A stretch of DNA of 64,000 bases from Octopus sinensis (taxonomy: Eukaryota), in assembly GCF_006345805.1 (NCBI RefSeq), contig NC_043015.1, positions 52,142,001-52,206,000 of the forward strand, read 5' to 3'. The position numbers were made by a program, and so were the translations under genes. The notes under the pieces were generated by a model. The model was given only the letters and a program-made list of their open reading frames with translations, did no database searches and was not told the DNA's origin. Shown in pieces: positions 29,030-43,378 of the stretch. Position 1 is the first letter of the stretch. Each line of letters begins with the position of its first letter.

Positions 29030-29500
29030 AAGCATCGTACGAACAAACGAACTTTCGCAGGCATGATGGGGTAGAATGTTAGTAGTTATTTAGCTGGCGG
29101 ACTTTGGCTTATGAGAAATCACGCGTCTGGGTGGCGCTAAATTTCGAAACCGTTACCGAGTTGACCAGCATTTACTTGTTCTGACCCATTTGAGGTAAGA
29201 CGTTATTATTGTTCACTGATATTTTTTCCCATCTTGTTTGTAATAGATTTGTGACTTTTCGGTGGTACAGAAGTATTTTTAACTGCTATAATTAGCGATA
29301 TAGGTACTTATGTAGTACCCTGGTGCATATATGCACATATCTAATATTGAAGAATGAAATAGATATTTAAACCACCTGAAGAATGACTGTAAGTCGAAAA
29401 TATTAAGAATTGAACAGCCATGAAACGATCGTAGTGTTATATTAATTATCTTTTTTAATAAGTTTGATATATATTTAAATAATATAAATTAATTAATCTT
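29030..29500 (+). mobile_element. Possible PLE terminal (pLTR-like) remnant
   Basis: Canonical-looking core CTGAAGA-at-GAC(tgtaa)GTC-GAAA at 29376-29399 and a strong donor-like GAG|GTAAGA at about 29195, between (TA)n arrays. Confidence 0.4.
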
Positions 29501-29560
29501 ATGTATTGGCTTAAGTTTTCATTGTATGATTTGCCTAATAGTGGTTTTATCTCTAATTTA

Positions 29561-29606
<46 letters not shown>

Positions 29607-29609
29607 ATG

Positions 29610-29674
<65 letters not shown>

Positions 29675-29754
29675 ATATATATAATATATATATATTATAT
29701 ATGTGTGGTGTGGTGGTGTATGTGTGTGTTGGATGTATGTATATTTATGTGTGT

Positions 29755-29985
29755 GTAGGTGTGACTTTGTGTAAGTCTTTGTCCTCCCACCATCGCTTGA
29801 CTATCGATACTGGTGTGTTTAAGCCTCCCACTCCATCACTTAGCGATTCGGCAAAGAGACCGAAAAGTAAGTACTAGGCTTACAAAGAATAAATCCTGCG
29901 GTCGCTTTTTTCGACTACAGGCGGTGCTCTAGATGGGCCGCAGTCAAATGACTGAAACGTGTAAAAGAACAAAAAATAAAAGAAC
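29755..29985 (+). mobile_element. SINE family A, 3' half
   Basis: catcgcttgac...tggtgtgttta...ttcggcaaagagaccga...aggcttacaaagaata...ggcggtgctc...cagtcaaatgactgaaac. Confidence 0.85.
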
Positions 29986-30529
29986 GCGCACTCATCAAGT
30001 AAACGGTTACTTCGTAGTTAAAAAGATAATCTGAAAACTTTTGGCAATGTCATTTAACGATTCTTCTATACCGCTGCCTAATTATGAATAATGATAATGC
30101 CTTCACTTTTGGGCACAAGGCCAGCAATTTTAAGAGGAGGAGAATAAGTTGATTTCATTGACCGCATTGCTCCACTGGTAATGATTTTATCGACTCTGAA
30201 ATGATAGGAAACAAAGTGGCAATCTATGTAATTTGAACACGGAACATAAAGACGGCGGAATACTGTATTCCGGTGTGCTAACGATTCAGCCAGTATGCCA
30301 CATTAATTAATTGATTGATTAATTTATTAATATAAAGTACTATGTATTATTGGTGCAAGGCCTGAAATTTTGTGGAGGATGTTAGACGATTACATCGACC
30401 TTAATGTTTGAGAGGTACTAATTTTATCGTACTGAAATTGATGAAAGATAACTTAAATGGAATTTTGATTGTAGCGCATAAACGACCAGTAAATATACCG
30501 CAATGTCAAAATCACTGATTCCCCTGACA

Positions 30530-31095
30530 ATTACAATAATTTTGGTTGTGGTGATGATGGTGATTGTGATGATTATGATGATGATGATGATGATGAAGAG
30601 AAGGAGGAGATTTTAAAGGAGAATGATGATGATTATGATGATGATGATGATGGTGGTGATGATGATAATGATATACATGCTGTTGGTGGTGGTAGTGGTG
30701 GCGATGGTAATGAAGATGAAGATAACGATGATTATGATAATGATGATGAAGGTGATCATGATGATGCTGATGATTGTGATGATGAAGAGAAGGAACAGGA
30801 TTTGAAGGAGAATGATGGTGACGACGATGGTGATGCTTGTGATGGTGGTGACAACGACAACGATGAGGAAAAGATGCTAAAATCGAGGATATTCGTACCA
30901 ATTATAACATGATGATGACGATGATGACGATGATGGTGATGTTGATGACGAGAACGATGACGACGACGACGACGATGATGATGATGATGACAATGACGAT
31001 GGTGATGATGAAAATAATGACAACGACGATGATGATGATGATGATGATGACGTCGATGATGATGATGATGATGATGATGCTGACATTATCATAAG
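30530..31095. repeat. (GAT/GAC)n compound array; two degenerate SINE B copies lie upstream at about 30110-30500 on the minus strand
   Basis: Seen directly. Confidence 0.9.
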
Positions 31096-31463
31096 AATAA
31101 AATTCATGATAACATATATATAAATATTTAAAAAAAAACTAATGTTCATAGCAAAATATGAGCAAAAATATATATATATTACATTTATGGTGCAAGACGG
31201 AAATTATAGCCGCGTTGATATATATAAATGTGAATCACCAGAATTACAAAAAAAATATTTAAAAAAGGCTTATCAACGTAAATATCAACCGAAGTAATGC
31301 GAAAAAAGAAACCTTTCGATGGCACCAAAAGATAAATAATAAAATAAAATCTGATAGAAATTAGAAGCATCTCGCCCAAAATGTCGGACGACATATTTTC
31401 TCGTAGAACTGTAATAGGTGTGTATGTTTGTATGCACAGATTATATATATACATTTATGCATT

Positions 31464-31502
<39 letters not shown>

Positions 31503-31670
31503 CAATGTACAATGTTCATGCTTACATATAATACACACACACATATATAAGTGTATATATAAATTTATATATGTATAAACCTTATATATATTTAATCCCT
31601 CTCTCTATATATTTATCTATTTATCTATCTATCTATATATTTAATGTATATGTATAAATGTATATATATA

Positions 31671-31711
<41 letters not shown>

Positions 31712-32376
31712 TTTATTTACTTATATATATACATATATCCATCTATCTGCCAATCTATCTATCTATATGTATATATTTATGTATGTATGTATGTATGTAT
31801 GTATGTATGTATAAACCAGAAGCGATAACTTACAGGACTCGATACAAATGTTGAACACAATTATATTGAAGATACCGAGAAGGTGAGCACTGAAGATCGG
31901 TACCTTTCCGTTATAATCCATATTTATAAAATAAATGGGCTGAGTTTCACTACATCTGTTTCAGGCCAGTTTTTGTTTTGTATTATTGACGAACAAATGA
32001 ATGAAATCATGTAAAAAAAAATTGTTTTCTGGTTATGTAATGAAATTGAAATTAAAATTTAAGTTTGGATTTTTCAAAGTGTATGAATTACATATTGACT
32101 CTTTCATCTCGCTGTCGGTTGTGAGAGTAAATTGGGGAATTGTATTTTCATGTTAAATATATGTAGTAATGAATCTGTCCAGACCTCCAGAAAATGAAGA
32201 AAGCTGAATACAGACATATCCCAGTCTTAAGAATGTAATGGGTTCGGGCATTGGAGGCAATAAAATAGAAGGGGTGATTGAAAGGCTGAGCCTATGTGCC
32301 GTTGAAACTGGCAATGAAATAAGGAATGATTGATAATGAAAATAAGAATGAAATGAAATTAAACAAATTTACAACT

Positions 32377-32540
32377 AGGCGCAGGAGTGGCTATGTGGTA
32401 AGTAGCTTGCTTACCAGCCACATACATAGTTCGGGGTTCACATGGCACCTTGAGCAAGTGTCTTCTACTATAGCTCGGGCCGACCAAAGCCATGTGAGTG
32501 GTTTGGTTGACGGAAAGTGAAATGAAACCCGTTATATGTA

Positions 32541-32608
<68 letters not shown>

Positions 32609-32846
32609 CGTGTGTATGTATGTAAGCATATATACGTGTGTGTTTGTTTGTTTCGCTTCCATCGCTTGACAACCTATATTGGTGTGTTTACCTTCCTGTA
32701 ACTTAGCGGTTCGGCAAAAGAGACCGATAGAATAAGTACTAGGCTTACAAAGATTAAGTCTTGGGGTCGATTTGTTCGACTAAAGGCGATGCTCCAGCAT
32801 GGCCGTAGTCAAATGACTGAAACAAATAAAAGAATAAAAGAAAATA
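32377..32846 (+). mobile_element. Full-length SINE family A
   Basis: Same head, internal microsatellite and tail as 14060-14462. Confidence 0.9.
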
Positions 32847-33050
32847 AGATTAACATGCAATAATCATTATAAAGAAACGATAAAAAGTAAAATTACTCTC
32901 CGCACACACTGTTGATACATGGGTACACTGTCCCTAACTCCGTGTCATTATTAAAATACCTCCATTCTCTCGGATCCTGCAAATAGTTACACATGTGTGA
33001 TATATATCCCAGCATGGCCACAGCTTGTGAGCTGAAACTAAATAAAATAA

Positions 33051-33108
<58 letters not shown>

Positions 33109-33369
33109 TGAGTGTGTGTGTGCTTCTTCTTTATTGGCCACACAGGGTTGAACACAGAGGGCACAAAATATAAAGCAGAGCTTTTAATTTTAGGAAGAGA
33201 AGGAGAAAGAAAGGAAAGGGTAGAAATTCGATCAAAAGGGATCGTTAAAAAAATGCCGATCAATAGCATAGTGTATCACAGAAATGTCATGATATAAAAA
33301 TGGGAAGCAGATTAGGTTTATCCGTGGAAAGAAAAGCCTACAGTAAAGACAACGATAACCTCGGGTAAT

Positions 33370-34110
33370 AATCTCATGCAAAAAACGCATTACAGTGACT
33401 GTTTTTTTCCTTTCCTCTTTTGTGGGGAGGGGTCACAGGATTATGTTCAAGATGGCTCCGTCAATCACACGTGACATCCTTGCTACATTCACCCATCTTT
33501 TTTTTTATGAAACATTCACCTTCCTCTTCAAGTGATAGATGGAGAAGTTGATGAGAGATTCACCAGAGAGGAAAGTGTTTTTTCAGACGCGTCCAGCATA
33601 AACATTCTTTCGCCATAGCCACAAGTACGAGGCAAATGTCTCTTCCTTCCCGTTTCATGGAAGGAGGTGCGACAATATTGACGATAGATTCGGTTGATAA
33701 ACCGACTCGCTCCACACGTGATAGCAGTCGTTCGGCATAGGCCCACAAGTCGTAAATGGTTGGACATTGTACAAGTGTGTGCAGAACGGTTTCGCCGCTC
33801 TGACTGCATCTTAGACAGGTTGGCCCCGTGTTTTATCGAGCCATGACTGTAGAGCTTATCCCGAACGGGTAGCGCTTCTCGATAGCACTACCAGGCCAAG
33901 GATTTCTGGATGTTAGCATGCCGGGCGAAATCTTCCGCTCTTAGGGCAGAGTTACCTCTGATAGATACAGCAGCATTTTTGCCTCAAACAACAAAATGAT
34001 ATCTGAACGTCGATATCCAGTCGTTGGTATACGGTCGTCACATTTGACGTTCCGCCTTAAAAAGTTTCCAACAAACAGCAAGTTATTGATGGGAAAGTGA
34101 AGTTCCAGGC
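33370..34110 (-). mobile_element. L1/Tx1-clade LINE ORF2 3' fragment, decayed
   Basis: Across frameshifts the minus strand reads LAW.CYREALPVRDKL...C.RC.QSGETVLH..VQCP.I..LWAYAERLLSRV...LVAMAKE..WTRLK, a C-terminal CCHC region typical of Tx1/L1 ORF2. Confidence 0.75.
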
Positions 34111-34279
34111 AACTCACTATCACTAGTTAATTTTATTCTGCTTCATGTACTGAGTGCAACTACCAGTAAAAGCTATTTTCTATAAGTTCACCAACAACAA
34201 TAATAATACACACACACACACACACAGAAAACACAACACATGCACATATATGTATATACATTCGCACATACACACACAC

Positions 34280-34328
<49 letters not shown>

Positions 34329-35446
34329 TATATATATATACATGTATGTGCCTGCGTGTTTGCGTGTATGTAGTTACGTATGTTTGTACGCATTCGTGTT
34401 TATATGTATGTAAGTATGTATGTATGTATGTGTGTATATATGTATATAGCAGCATCATTTACACACAAGTACAGACAGATATATACGCAAATATGCATTC
34501 ACACTTACTCCACTCTGCTGAAATATAATGGAAACTCTTTCGCATAATTGTATTCATAAATGTGTTAACATTTATTAAATATAAGCATAGGCGTGATCGC
34601 GTGCATTTGTATATATATATTAGCTTCTGTGTTTACGTGTGCACACAGAAGTACATAAAAATGAGAAACACCGCCAGTGGGTCAGAAATTTAATAGTCTA
34701 GAAATTTCTAGTTTGCCTAGAACGCACAATATCCACATTTCCTTTAAAGTGTTTACGATAATCTGAAGACAGTACAAATTCTATACTGGCCCCAATATTC
34801 CATTCCATGTTTATGCCATAACCTCTGACATATTCACCGAAGAAGATACCGTATGCTGATGGACGTACGTAAAAAGTCGTTTACATTCGATATAAACGGA
34901 CCTACCTGTCCACTCCAAATAAACAATAAATGGAGATGTCGACATGCTGTGACGGTAGCTAGATAATGATAATTTCAATAGACAAGTCAGCAATTGGCAC
35001 AAAGTGCTTGAGAGCTTGCAGAAATAAAACTGTTTTCTCAGATAAAATAACACTGAAATCATTTCATAGCCGTTGGAGTAGACTATAAAATAACGCTTTA
35101 AATTCCGCCACTTGGTGAAGTAGTGCAAATTTAATGGATGTCAGAAGCGATTGTTTCTCAATAAATTGCAGTCGCAAAAACACATCTAGTATAGCCATCA
35201 TCTGTAATATTTATAGAGGTTAATTACTCACAGACGGCACCGAGATGACAAACTATAATCATAATAGTAAAACAGCAGCGTCTGAGGAAAGTAGTGATGG
35301 ACTGCTTCGGCGAATAATTTAAACTGTAGAATAATATATTGTATGTTGTGAGGAAGGAAAATAGTCTAACATTTTCCACAAAGGCTTTTATGTCAGGGAG
35401 GGGAAATTGTTAAATTGTTAATTTAGCTGCAGCATGATTGTGCGGT

Positions 35447-35594
35447 AAGACGCTTGCTGCCCAACCACATGGTTCCGGGTTCAACCCCAATGCGTGACAC
35501 TTGGTGCAATATTTTTTTTTTTTTTTTTGTAGCATTGAACTAACCAAAACCTTTTGAGTCGATTTTGTTGGCGGAAACTGCAGAAACCCGTAGT

Positions 35595-35631
<37 letters not shown>

Positions 35632-35670
35632 CGCGCGCGCATGCATGCATGCATGCATACATACATACGC

Positions 35671-35723
<53 letters not shown>

Positions 35724-35730
35724 GTGTGTT

Positions 35731-35767
<37 letters not shown>

Positions 35768-35985
35768 TTTCTTTGTGTTTGCCTCCTACCCATCGCTTGA
35801 TAACCGATATTGGTGTGTATACGTCCCTGTGATCCATCACTTCAACGAAAGAGACCAATAGAATAAGCACTAGGCTTACAAATAATAAGTTCTAGGGTCG
35901 ATATTTCTTAGACAAAAATCCCTCTCAGGCGGTGCTCCAGTATGGCCGCAGTGAAATGACTAAAACAAACAAAAGAGCAAAATAA
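35447..35985 (+). mobile_element. Full-length SINE family A, diverged
   Basis: Head, internal microsatellite and tail are all recognisable. Confidence 0.85.
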
Positions 35986-36001
35986 CGAAATATCCTTTCT
36001 T

Positions 36002-36253
36002 TTATTCTTTTATTCCTTTATTTGTTTCAGTCATTTGACTGTGGCCATGCCGGAGCACCACCTTTAGTCGAGCAAATCGATCCCAGGACTTATTCTTTGT
36101 AAGCCTAGTACTTATTCTATCGGTCTCTCTTGCAGAACCGTTAGGTGACGGGGTCGTATACACACCAGCATCGGTTGTCAAACGATGTTGGGAAGTCAAA
36201 CACAGACACACAAACATATGCATACATACATACATATATATATATATATAATA

Positions 36254-36295
<42 letters not shown>

Positions 36296-36391
36296 GTATA
36301 AATATATACGGCAGGCTTCTTTCAGTTTCCGTCTGCCAAATCCACTCACAAGCTTTGGTAGGCTTGAGTCTACAGAAGAAAACACTTGCCC
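36002..36391 (-). mobile_element. SINE family A, 5'-truncated, tail-to-tail with the previous copy
   Basis: tttcagtcatttgactgtggccatgccggagcacc...ggcttctttcagtttccgtctgcc...acacttgccca. Confidence 0.9.
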
Positions 36392-36519
36392 AGAGTATAA
36401 AAGTTTATATTACAAATAATTATGCGGAGGAGAAAATGCAATATTGGCATAAAGACTAATATTATTTCTAATATATTGGTAAGCTTATGAGACACGTGTT
36501 TATATAGTTTTCTTATTAC

Positions 36520-36885
36520 TAAACGTCTTGCTTCCCAACCACATGGTTCCGAGTTCAGTCCCTCTGCGTGGCACCTTGGGCAGGTGTCTTCTAGTATGGC
36601 TGTGGGCCAACCACAGCCTTGTGAGCGGATTTGATAGACGGAAACTTTTAAAATATACATATATATGCGTGTGTATGTATATGTGTGTGTGTGTGTGCGT
36701 GTGTGTGCGTGTGTGTGTGTGTGTCCTACCATCGCATGACAACCGGCGGTTCAGCAAAAGAGACCGATAGAATAAATACTAGGCTTACAAAAGAGTAAGT
36801 CCTGGGGTCGATTGGTTCGGCAACAGACGGTGTTCCGGCATGGCCGCAGCCAAATGACTGAACAAGTAAAAGAATACAAGAATTT
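36520..36885 (+). mobile_element. SINE family A
   Basis: cttgcttcccaaccacatggttccgagttcagtcc...gtggcaccttgggcagg...catggccgcagccaaatgactgaac. Confidence 0.85.
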
Positions 36886-37599
36886 ATACAAAGCCATTTC
36901 TCAAAGGGTATATCCCTTCGACAAACAATTTTACATTAACACAGAAAATTCACATAATGCGTAGTGAACTGTTTATTGTTTGTTTAGGTGGTTTCTATAA
37001 TTCCTGTCGAGGTTAGAAAATCGGAGCTTATTATTATGTACGGCACAACGAAATTATCTCTGACCTTCGCTCTACGATATGCCTTGTATTTGTGAGGTGA
37101 AGGTACTTTTCGTAAATTGAAAGGCCACAGAGATTTGCACAAAATATGCACATTTCACTGCAGTGTAATATACACCAGATAATATAAGAGATTTTCTATA
37201 TCATGATCATTTCAGTACAAACTTGGGCGTGTTACTTCTGTGCTAATTCTATTGTCTGTATACTTAAATGTCAGTTTATAGTTTAAGTACCGGCTTTTGA
37301 AGCTGCTCTCACACATTTCAGTATATGATTCAGAGAACTGTATTTTATCCTGGACAGATAAAATAGCGTGATACATTTTTCAAAGTGAACATAGATTTAA
37401 CACATTAGATATAACCATGTACAAAATTATTCTCTCCCTCTATTTCTACATCATAGTGTATTCTAGACACTCAGATGTACTCCCGATAAAACAAAATGCC
37501 TAATAAGGATATGTTAATTCCTAATATACCTGTAAGTTTAATAACAAGAATGAGTTTCCCACTGACTGCTTTATCATTTAAACCTAAGGCGAGGAGGAA

Positions 37600-38200
37600 A
37601 CAAAGCGAAAGTCTCAATAACGTTGACAAACATTCGAACCTACATTTTGAGAAACTTGGTGGCAAGAGCGCTGGATGGAACTCCAGCAATGTCCCGGACA
37701 ACTTGGAGTTGTGTGTCGTAAGCTTTCCAAGAGAAGATTCCAAGATACGTAAGCCACTATAACCGATGCAATACCCTGTAGATTTCGGAAAAAGATGTGT
37801 TTAAACACAAATCTGGAACACCTGAGATGATGTACTGAAAAGCCACAAAAAATCGTGAGTGCAAAGTAAAGTTGTTCAACTCTCCATCTATGATAAGGAA
37901 ACATCCATGCTGGGAATATAATTACGAGAGCATATTTGAAGTGAGTTAATTCGAGAACGGGGCGGAGTGGCTGTATAGCTACATTACAAGTTCCGCTGAA
38001 CCGGTTATGTCGCAAGGTTCACAATAAACAGATGGAACCGTTCAGTTACCGAGTGATATCCAAGACTTCGGAAAAGACCACTCGGAAGGCCTGTACAAAG
38101 ATGACAAGAGAATCTAGTCAAACAACTTGTGTCAAAATGGAAATGAATAGCGCGATCGAGAGAATTATAAGCGCATTATGACTCGCAGTGTATTTGATGA
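37600..38200 (+). mobile_element. Possible heavily decayed RTE-like LINE 3' remnant
   Basis: Only weak residual similarity (EWL.YIT, DRENYKRIM, resembling RW.GH.. and DR..WR), with many stops. Confidence 0.25.
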
Positions 38201-38457
38201 TCTACTTCTACTGTGATACCGTAATACAATAAGTTTTAACCGCTAGAATGTAAGCGGTAACTACAACTGCATGGGGAATGTGGAGAATACGAAAGGCCCT
38301 ACTACGATGCAGAATCCAAATATCAAATCTGAAGACAATCATACGAGCCATCCAGTTAACCTACGTAACTTACGACACGAAGAGACAGAATCATTTGCCT
38401 GTTTATGCAAACTTGAAACGTTGATCTACCTAATTGGCGTGTTGTTACCAGGAGACA

Positions 38458-38762
38458 TTGTTTGTTCCTTCTCAAGCCACGCCTGTCTCATAAGGGCCGA
38501 TTTCCCGGTTTCCTTGGTGTATAGGTTGCTCACCTGGACGGGACGTCAGTCCGCCGAAGATGAGCTGCAAGATGCAGGAGGAAAGAATGAGAGAAAATTG
38601 TGGCGAAAGAGTCAGCAGTAGTTTGCCATTACCTTCTGCCGGAGCCGCGTGGAGCTTAGGCGTTTCGCTCATGAACACACACATCGCCCGGTCTTAAATT
38701 CGAACCAGCGATCCCTCGACCGCGAGTCCGCTTCTCTAACCACTAAGTCATGCGCCTCCACA
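38458..38762 (-). mobile_element. SINE family C, tail type 2
   Basis: Shares about 175 bp of head and body with 18759-19072, then diverges into ...gaaaccgggaaatcggcccttatgagacaggcgtggcttgagaaggaacaaacaa. Confidence 0.8.
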
Positions 38763-39213
38763 CCAGGAGACATAATTCCCCCAAAATAATATATAGGAAC
38801 GTTTAAGGGCAACTTCTATAGACAATACATTATATATAATCCTAGTTTTGGACGACGAGACCTTAGATACAGCGAAGCGTTGGGAATCTCAAAATGTCAT
38901 CTGGTCCACATTGCAAAGTAGCAAGAATTACACCATTAAACAAGAGATCAGAATAAGATTCGCCTTCAAAACAAAGTTCTAGGGTTGCAATGTAAAGCTA
39001 TGGAACTATATTAAAAGTAAACATCTGAGAAGTCGGAAGGCCATAGACAAAGAAGTTGTACACAAGGGAAACTGAAACATGGATATGAAGCCGAGTAACA
39101 GAACGCTGTCCTCAATAAATGCAATAACATACATGTGCGTGTGTTTGAGTGTGTATGTGTGTGTAAGTGTGTGTTTAAGTGTGTGCGTGTATGGATACAT
39201 GTTCACAAATATG

Positions 39214-39259
<46 letters not shown>

Positions 39260-39564
39260 TGCATATGTGTGTGTGCGTGTATACATGTTTACAAATACTT
39301 ATATATTTAATAAATATATAAACATACTTATATATGTAAATATATATATATATATATATACGCACACACACACACACGCACTTATGTATATATGCATTAT
39401 ATGGGTTTACGTATATGTGAGCGTTTGCATGTGTAGCTGTCTGCAGTCCGTGGCGATGTAGACATGTTAATATAACAGATATGGATATTATGTATTATAT
39501 AAATGTATATATAAACAGATATACAAACTCGCAGGCCTCACATGTTTGTTTTCATGTATACATG

Positions 39565-39618
<54 letters not shown>

Positions 39619-39637
39619 TATATACATACATACATAC

Positions 39638-39682
<45 letters not shown>

Positions 39683-39859
39683 CATATATATACACACACA
39701 GAGAGGCACATTTGAGCGTGCGTTAAATACATACATGTATATATGCGTGTGTGAATATATCTATATCTATATATATTGTATAGCTACATGCAAAGACACC
39801 TACATGCACACACAAACGCACACATATACACGCACACATTCACCAACACTCACACATGC

Positions 39860-41380
39860 GTGTAATATCCCTTTTTCTTTTTCTTTTTTTTTCTCTACGC
39901 CTCTACACAATATTACGCGCCTTTGATGTTACATATTCATATTTAACGGATTATTCAGTCCTTCATTTTCTTCTCACACATCTTTTCACATCCAATATAA
40001 TTCCTGTCCCCTCTTTTATTCTTTCTTTACCATTTTCCTCACATATCACCCTTTTTTTCCCCCTTTTTCTCCTATCGGCCATGTTCTCTTTTTCTAATTT
40101 TTCTGTCTTCCATATTTTATGCACGATTTTTTTTTCTTGCTCTCCCTTGGTTTTCCTACTTCTCACCTTAATCCTAGTTTTTCTTAACCTTATTCGCTTC
40201 CATTATCCTTTTTCTGTTTTATTTTGTTCATAGACTTTTTCCCCTCTTCTAACTGTCTCTCTTTCATCTTAATTCCGTCTCTCTCATTCTCATCCTAATC
40301 CGTGTTTCATATATCTTACCTATTCCCATACTCTCCCTCTCTCTCTTTTTCTATCACCGTACTTCTCTCATTCTCTCTTTCACTCTCTCTCTCCCTCTCT
40401 CTTTTTCTATCACCGTATTTCTTTCATTCTCTCTTTCACTCTCTCTCTCTCTCTCTCCCTCTCTGTGTTCTTTCCCTTTCACTCTCTCTGATACTCTTAG
40501 TATCTCTGTTATTCTTGATATACCTTCTCCTTTTCTCTCTCCCATAATCTATCTCTATACTTATCTCTCTCTCTTTCTCATTCGCCCCTCTCTCTCACTC
40601 TCACGTTATCTCTCTGTCGGTCTCTCTTTCACATTCTCTCTATCTTTCTTTCCGTCTGTCTCTTTCGCTGTCTATCTTTCTTTCTGACACTCTCTCTTTC
40701 TCTCATATTATCACAATCTTTTCTCCCTTTCACTCACCCTCTACCTCTATCTTTACCTTAATCTTAACCTTCCTTATACGAACTCATGCTCTCTCTCGCC
40801 TCTCTCTTTCCTCTCTCGTTTTCTCTCTCTCTTTCTGCCTGTCCATATTTTTCTTTCTCACGCTCTCTTTATATATCTGTCTTTGTCCAGCGCTCTCTCC
40901 CCTCTTCTATCTTTATTTACGTTAATCTCAACCTCCCTCATACTCACACATACTTTCTCATGTTCTCTCCCTCTCTCTCCATTCTCTCTCCCTCACCCTC
41001 TCTCTCACCTTCTCTCTCTTTCTCTTTCTCTCCCTCTCTGTTATTTTAACAACGTGTCTGCTTTTCTCCTTCTATCTTTATCTACCTTAAACATAACCAT
41101 CCCCATACATATTCATTCCCCTTTTTCTCTCTTCCTCTCTCTCCTCTCTCTCTTCTTTATTCTCTTCCTCTCTCTCTTCTTTATCCTCTTCCTCTCTCTC
41201 CTCTCTCTCTTCTTCTCTCTCTCTATCTATCTTTCTATCAAGCTAGCTTGATAGCTTGCTAGCTATCTCTCTCTAGCTATTTCTCTCTAGCTATCTCTCC
41301 CTAGCTATCTCTCTCTAGTATCTCTCTCTATCTATCTCTCTTTGTCTGTCTATCTATGTATCTATATCAATCTATATCTA

Positions 41381-41442
<62 letters not shown>

Positions 41443-41470
41443 CCTATCTATCTATCTATCTCTCTAACTC
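39860..41470. repeat. ~1.6-kb pyrimidine-rich tract, mostly (CT)n-type, ending in (CTAT)n
   Basis: Seen directly; strong strand asymmetry. Confidence 0.9.
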
Positions 41471-41868
41471 TTTCATCCGTTCCCCTACGAGGTTATAATT
41501 TCCCTTGTCACCTTCTTATATTCTATTTTTCAATACCATCCACAACATATCAAAGCTCTATGCAAACCATATTTCTTTATTTTTTATTTCAGGTGGTGAC
41601 ACGTTTTCTGCTTGTATTCTCTTCGCTCTATTTACCCTCATCTACTTCTGTGTTGTTTATACTTCGACAAATGCCAATGATGTTTGCAAATATGATTTAC
41701 TTCCATTTTTTACGCTATTTAATAGTGTCTGCTGCATTATGTTTGGAAGAAAGATCTCCAAGACTTTATATATTGCTTGGTTTCTAGACACCATATTTTC
41801 TTTTCAAAATAAATGTTCTTGCCTTTTTTTTCGTCAGCGTTATTTGCATATGATTTCGTGTTGAAAAC

Positions 41869-41948
<80 letters not shown>

Positions 41949-41949
41949 G

Positions 41950-42031
<82 letters not shown>

Positions 42032-42100
42032 GATTGATCGATCCAACTATCCATCCATCCATGTATATTTCTATCTATCTATCTATCTATCTGTGTGTGG

Positions 42101-42134
<34 letters not shown>

Positions 42135-42298
42135 CTGTCTCTCTGTCACTCTCTCTCTTTATATACATACATACACACACACAAACACACACACACATAT
42201 ATGTACATTTGCCAGGTTGCATACATATATACACATATAAATAGATTGATAGGTAAATAGATAGATGGATGGCTAGATAGATATATAGATAGATAGAC

Positions 42299-42349
<51 letters not shown>

Positions 42350-42894
42350 CAGACAGACACACAGGGCAGACACACAGACAGACACAAATTGACATACATA
42401 CATACAGACAGACAGACAGACAGGCAGAAACACCGACAGACTGATAGATAGATAGATAGCATACATACATACATACATGCATACATACATACATACATAC
42501 ATACATACATACATACATACGCACACTTAAATATATAGATAGAAAGACAGACAAACAGACAGATAGGTAAGTAGACGTTTTTATGCATGTGGCATCATAT
42601 TGATTGTCATAAGTTTCCGCATCTCCAATTTTCCTATACATTTATCTATCCATCTATTTATACACACACACAACACACACACACACATACTTATATTTAC
42701 ACTTATACACACACAAACACACACACACACACATACACATACACGCATATACGTATAATAAACTACTACAATATTAAGTTTACTTTCTTCATATATTCTA
42801 TTTCTCCGTATTGCTTTCTACTGCAGCAAAAGGTTTCATCTTTACTACGAATATTACATTCTAACTTTACGACTGGTTGCTTTTCTCTCTTCAG

Positions 42895-43111
42895 GACCTG
42901 ATATATTATCATCATCTTTACAGAGAGTCAGCTTCTCATCATACATATCTACAGCTTATGTTTAGAGATATTTTCGTTTCCTTATTTGCAATATAATCAA
43001 CGAACGACAACTCTACAACACGATTTCAGTTATTAGCAGATTCCAAATGACATCTTTTATTATATTGATGTGGTTTGCTATATGCCGATGGTATCTGACG
43101 GAATGTCACTG
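42895..43111 (+). CDS. Candidate first coding exon (5' UTR plus ATG at 43047), signal-peptide-like MTSFIILMWFAICRWYLTECH
   Basis: Acceptor gcttttctctcttcag|, donor CTG|GTAAGA (phase 2) and a hydrophobic N-terminus. No homology evidence. Confidence 0.3.
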
Positions 43112-43119
43112 GTAAGAGA

Positions 43120-43306
43120 TGATTGGGCGTAGCTGTGTCGTGAGAAGCTTTCTTCCGCACCACGTGATTCCAGGTTCGGTCCTACTGCGCGGCATCTTGA
43201 GCAAGTTCCTTCTACTATAGCTTCGTTCCAACCGAAACCTTGTATAAATGGATTTGGTAGCAGAAAATGAATGATGCCCGTTGTATATGTAAATACACAC
43301 ACACAC

Positions 43307-43378
<72 letters not shown>

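Noticed and set aside
37772-37783. TACCCTGTAGAT, identical to the first 12 nt of miR-10
   Set aside because: The sequence diverges after 12 nt, the flanks do not form a precursor hairpin with a matching star arm, and it lies in a probable decayed LINE.
41592-41864. Strong acceptor followed by two hydrophobic open frames
   Set aside because: There is no convincing donor and no recognisable domain; T-rich DNA yields hydrophobic peptides by default.
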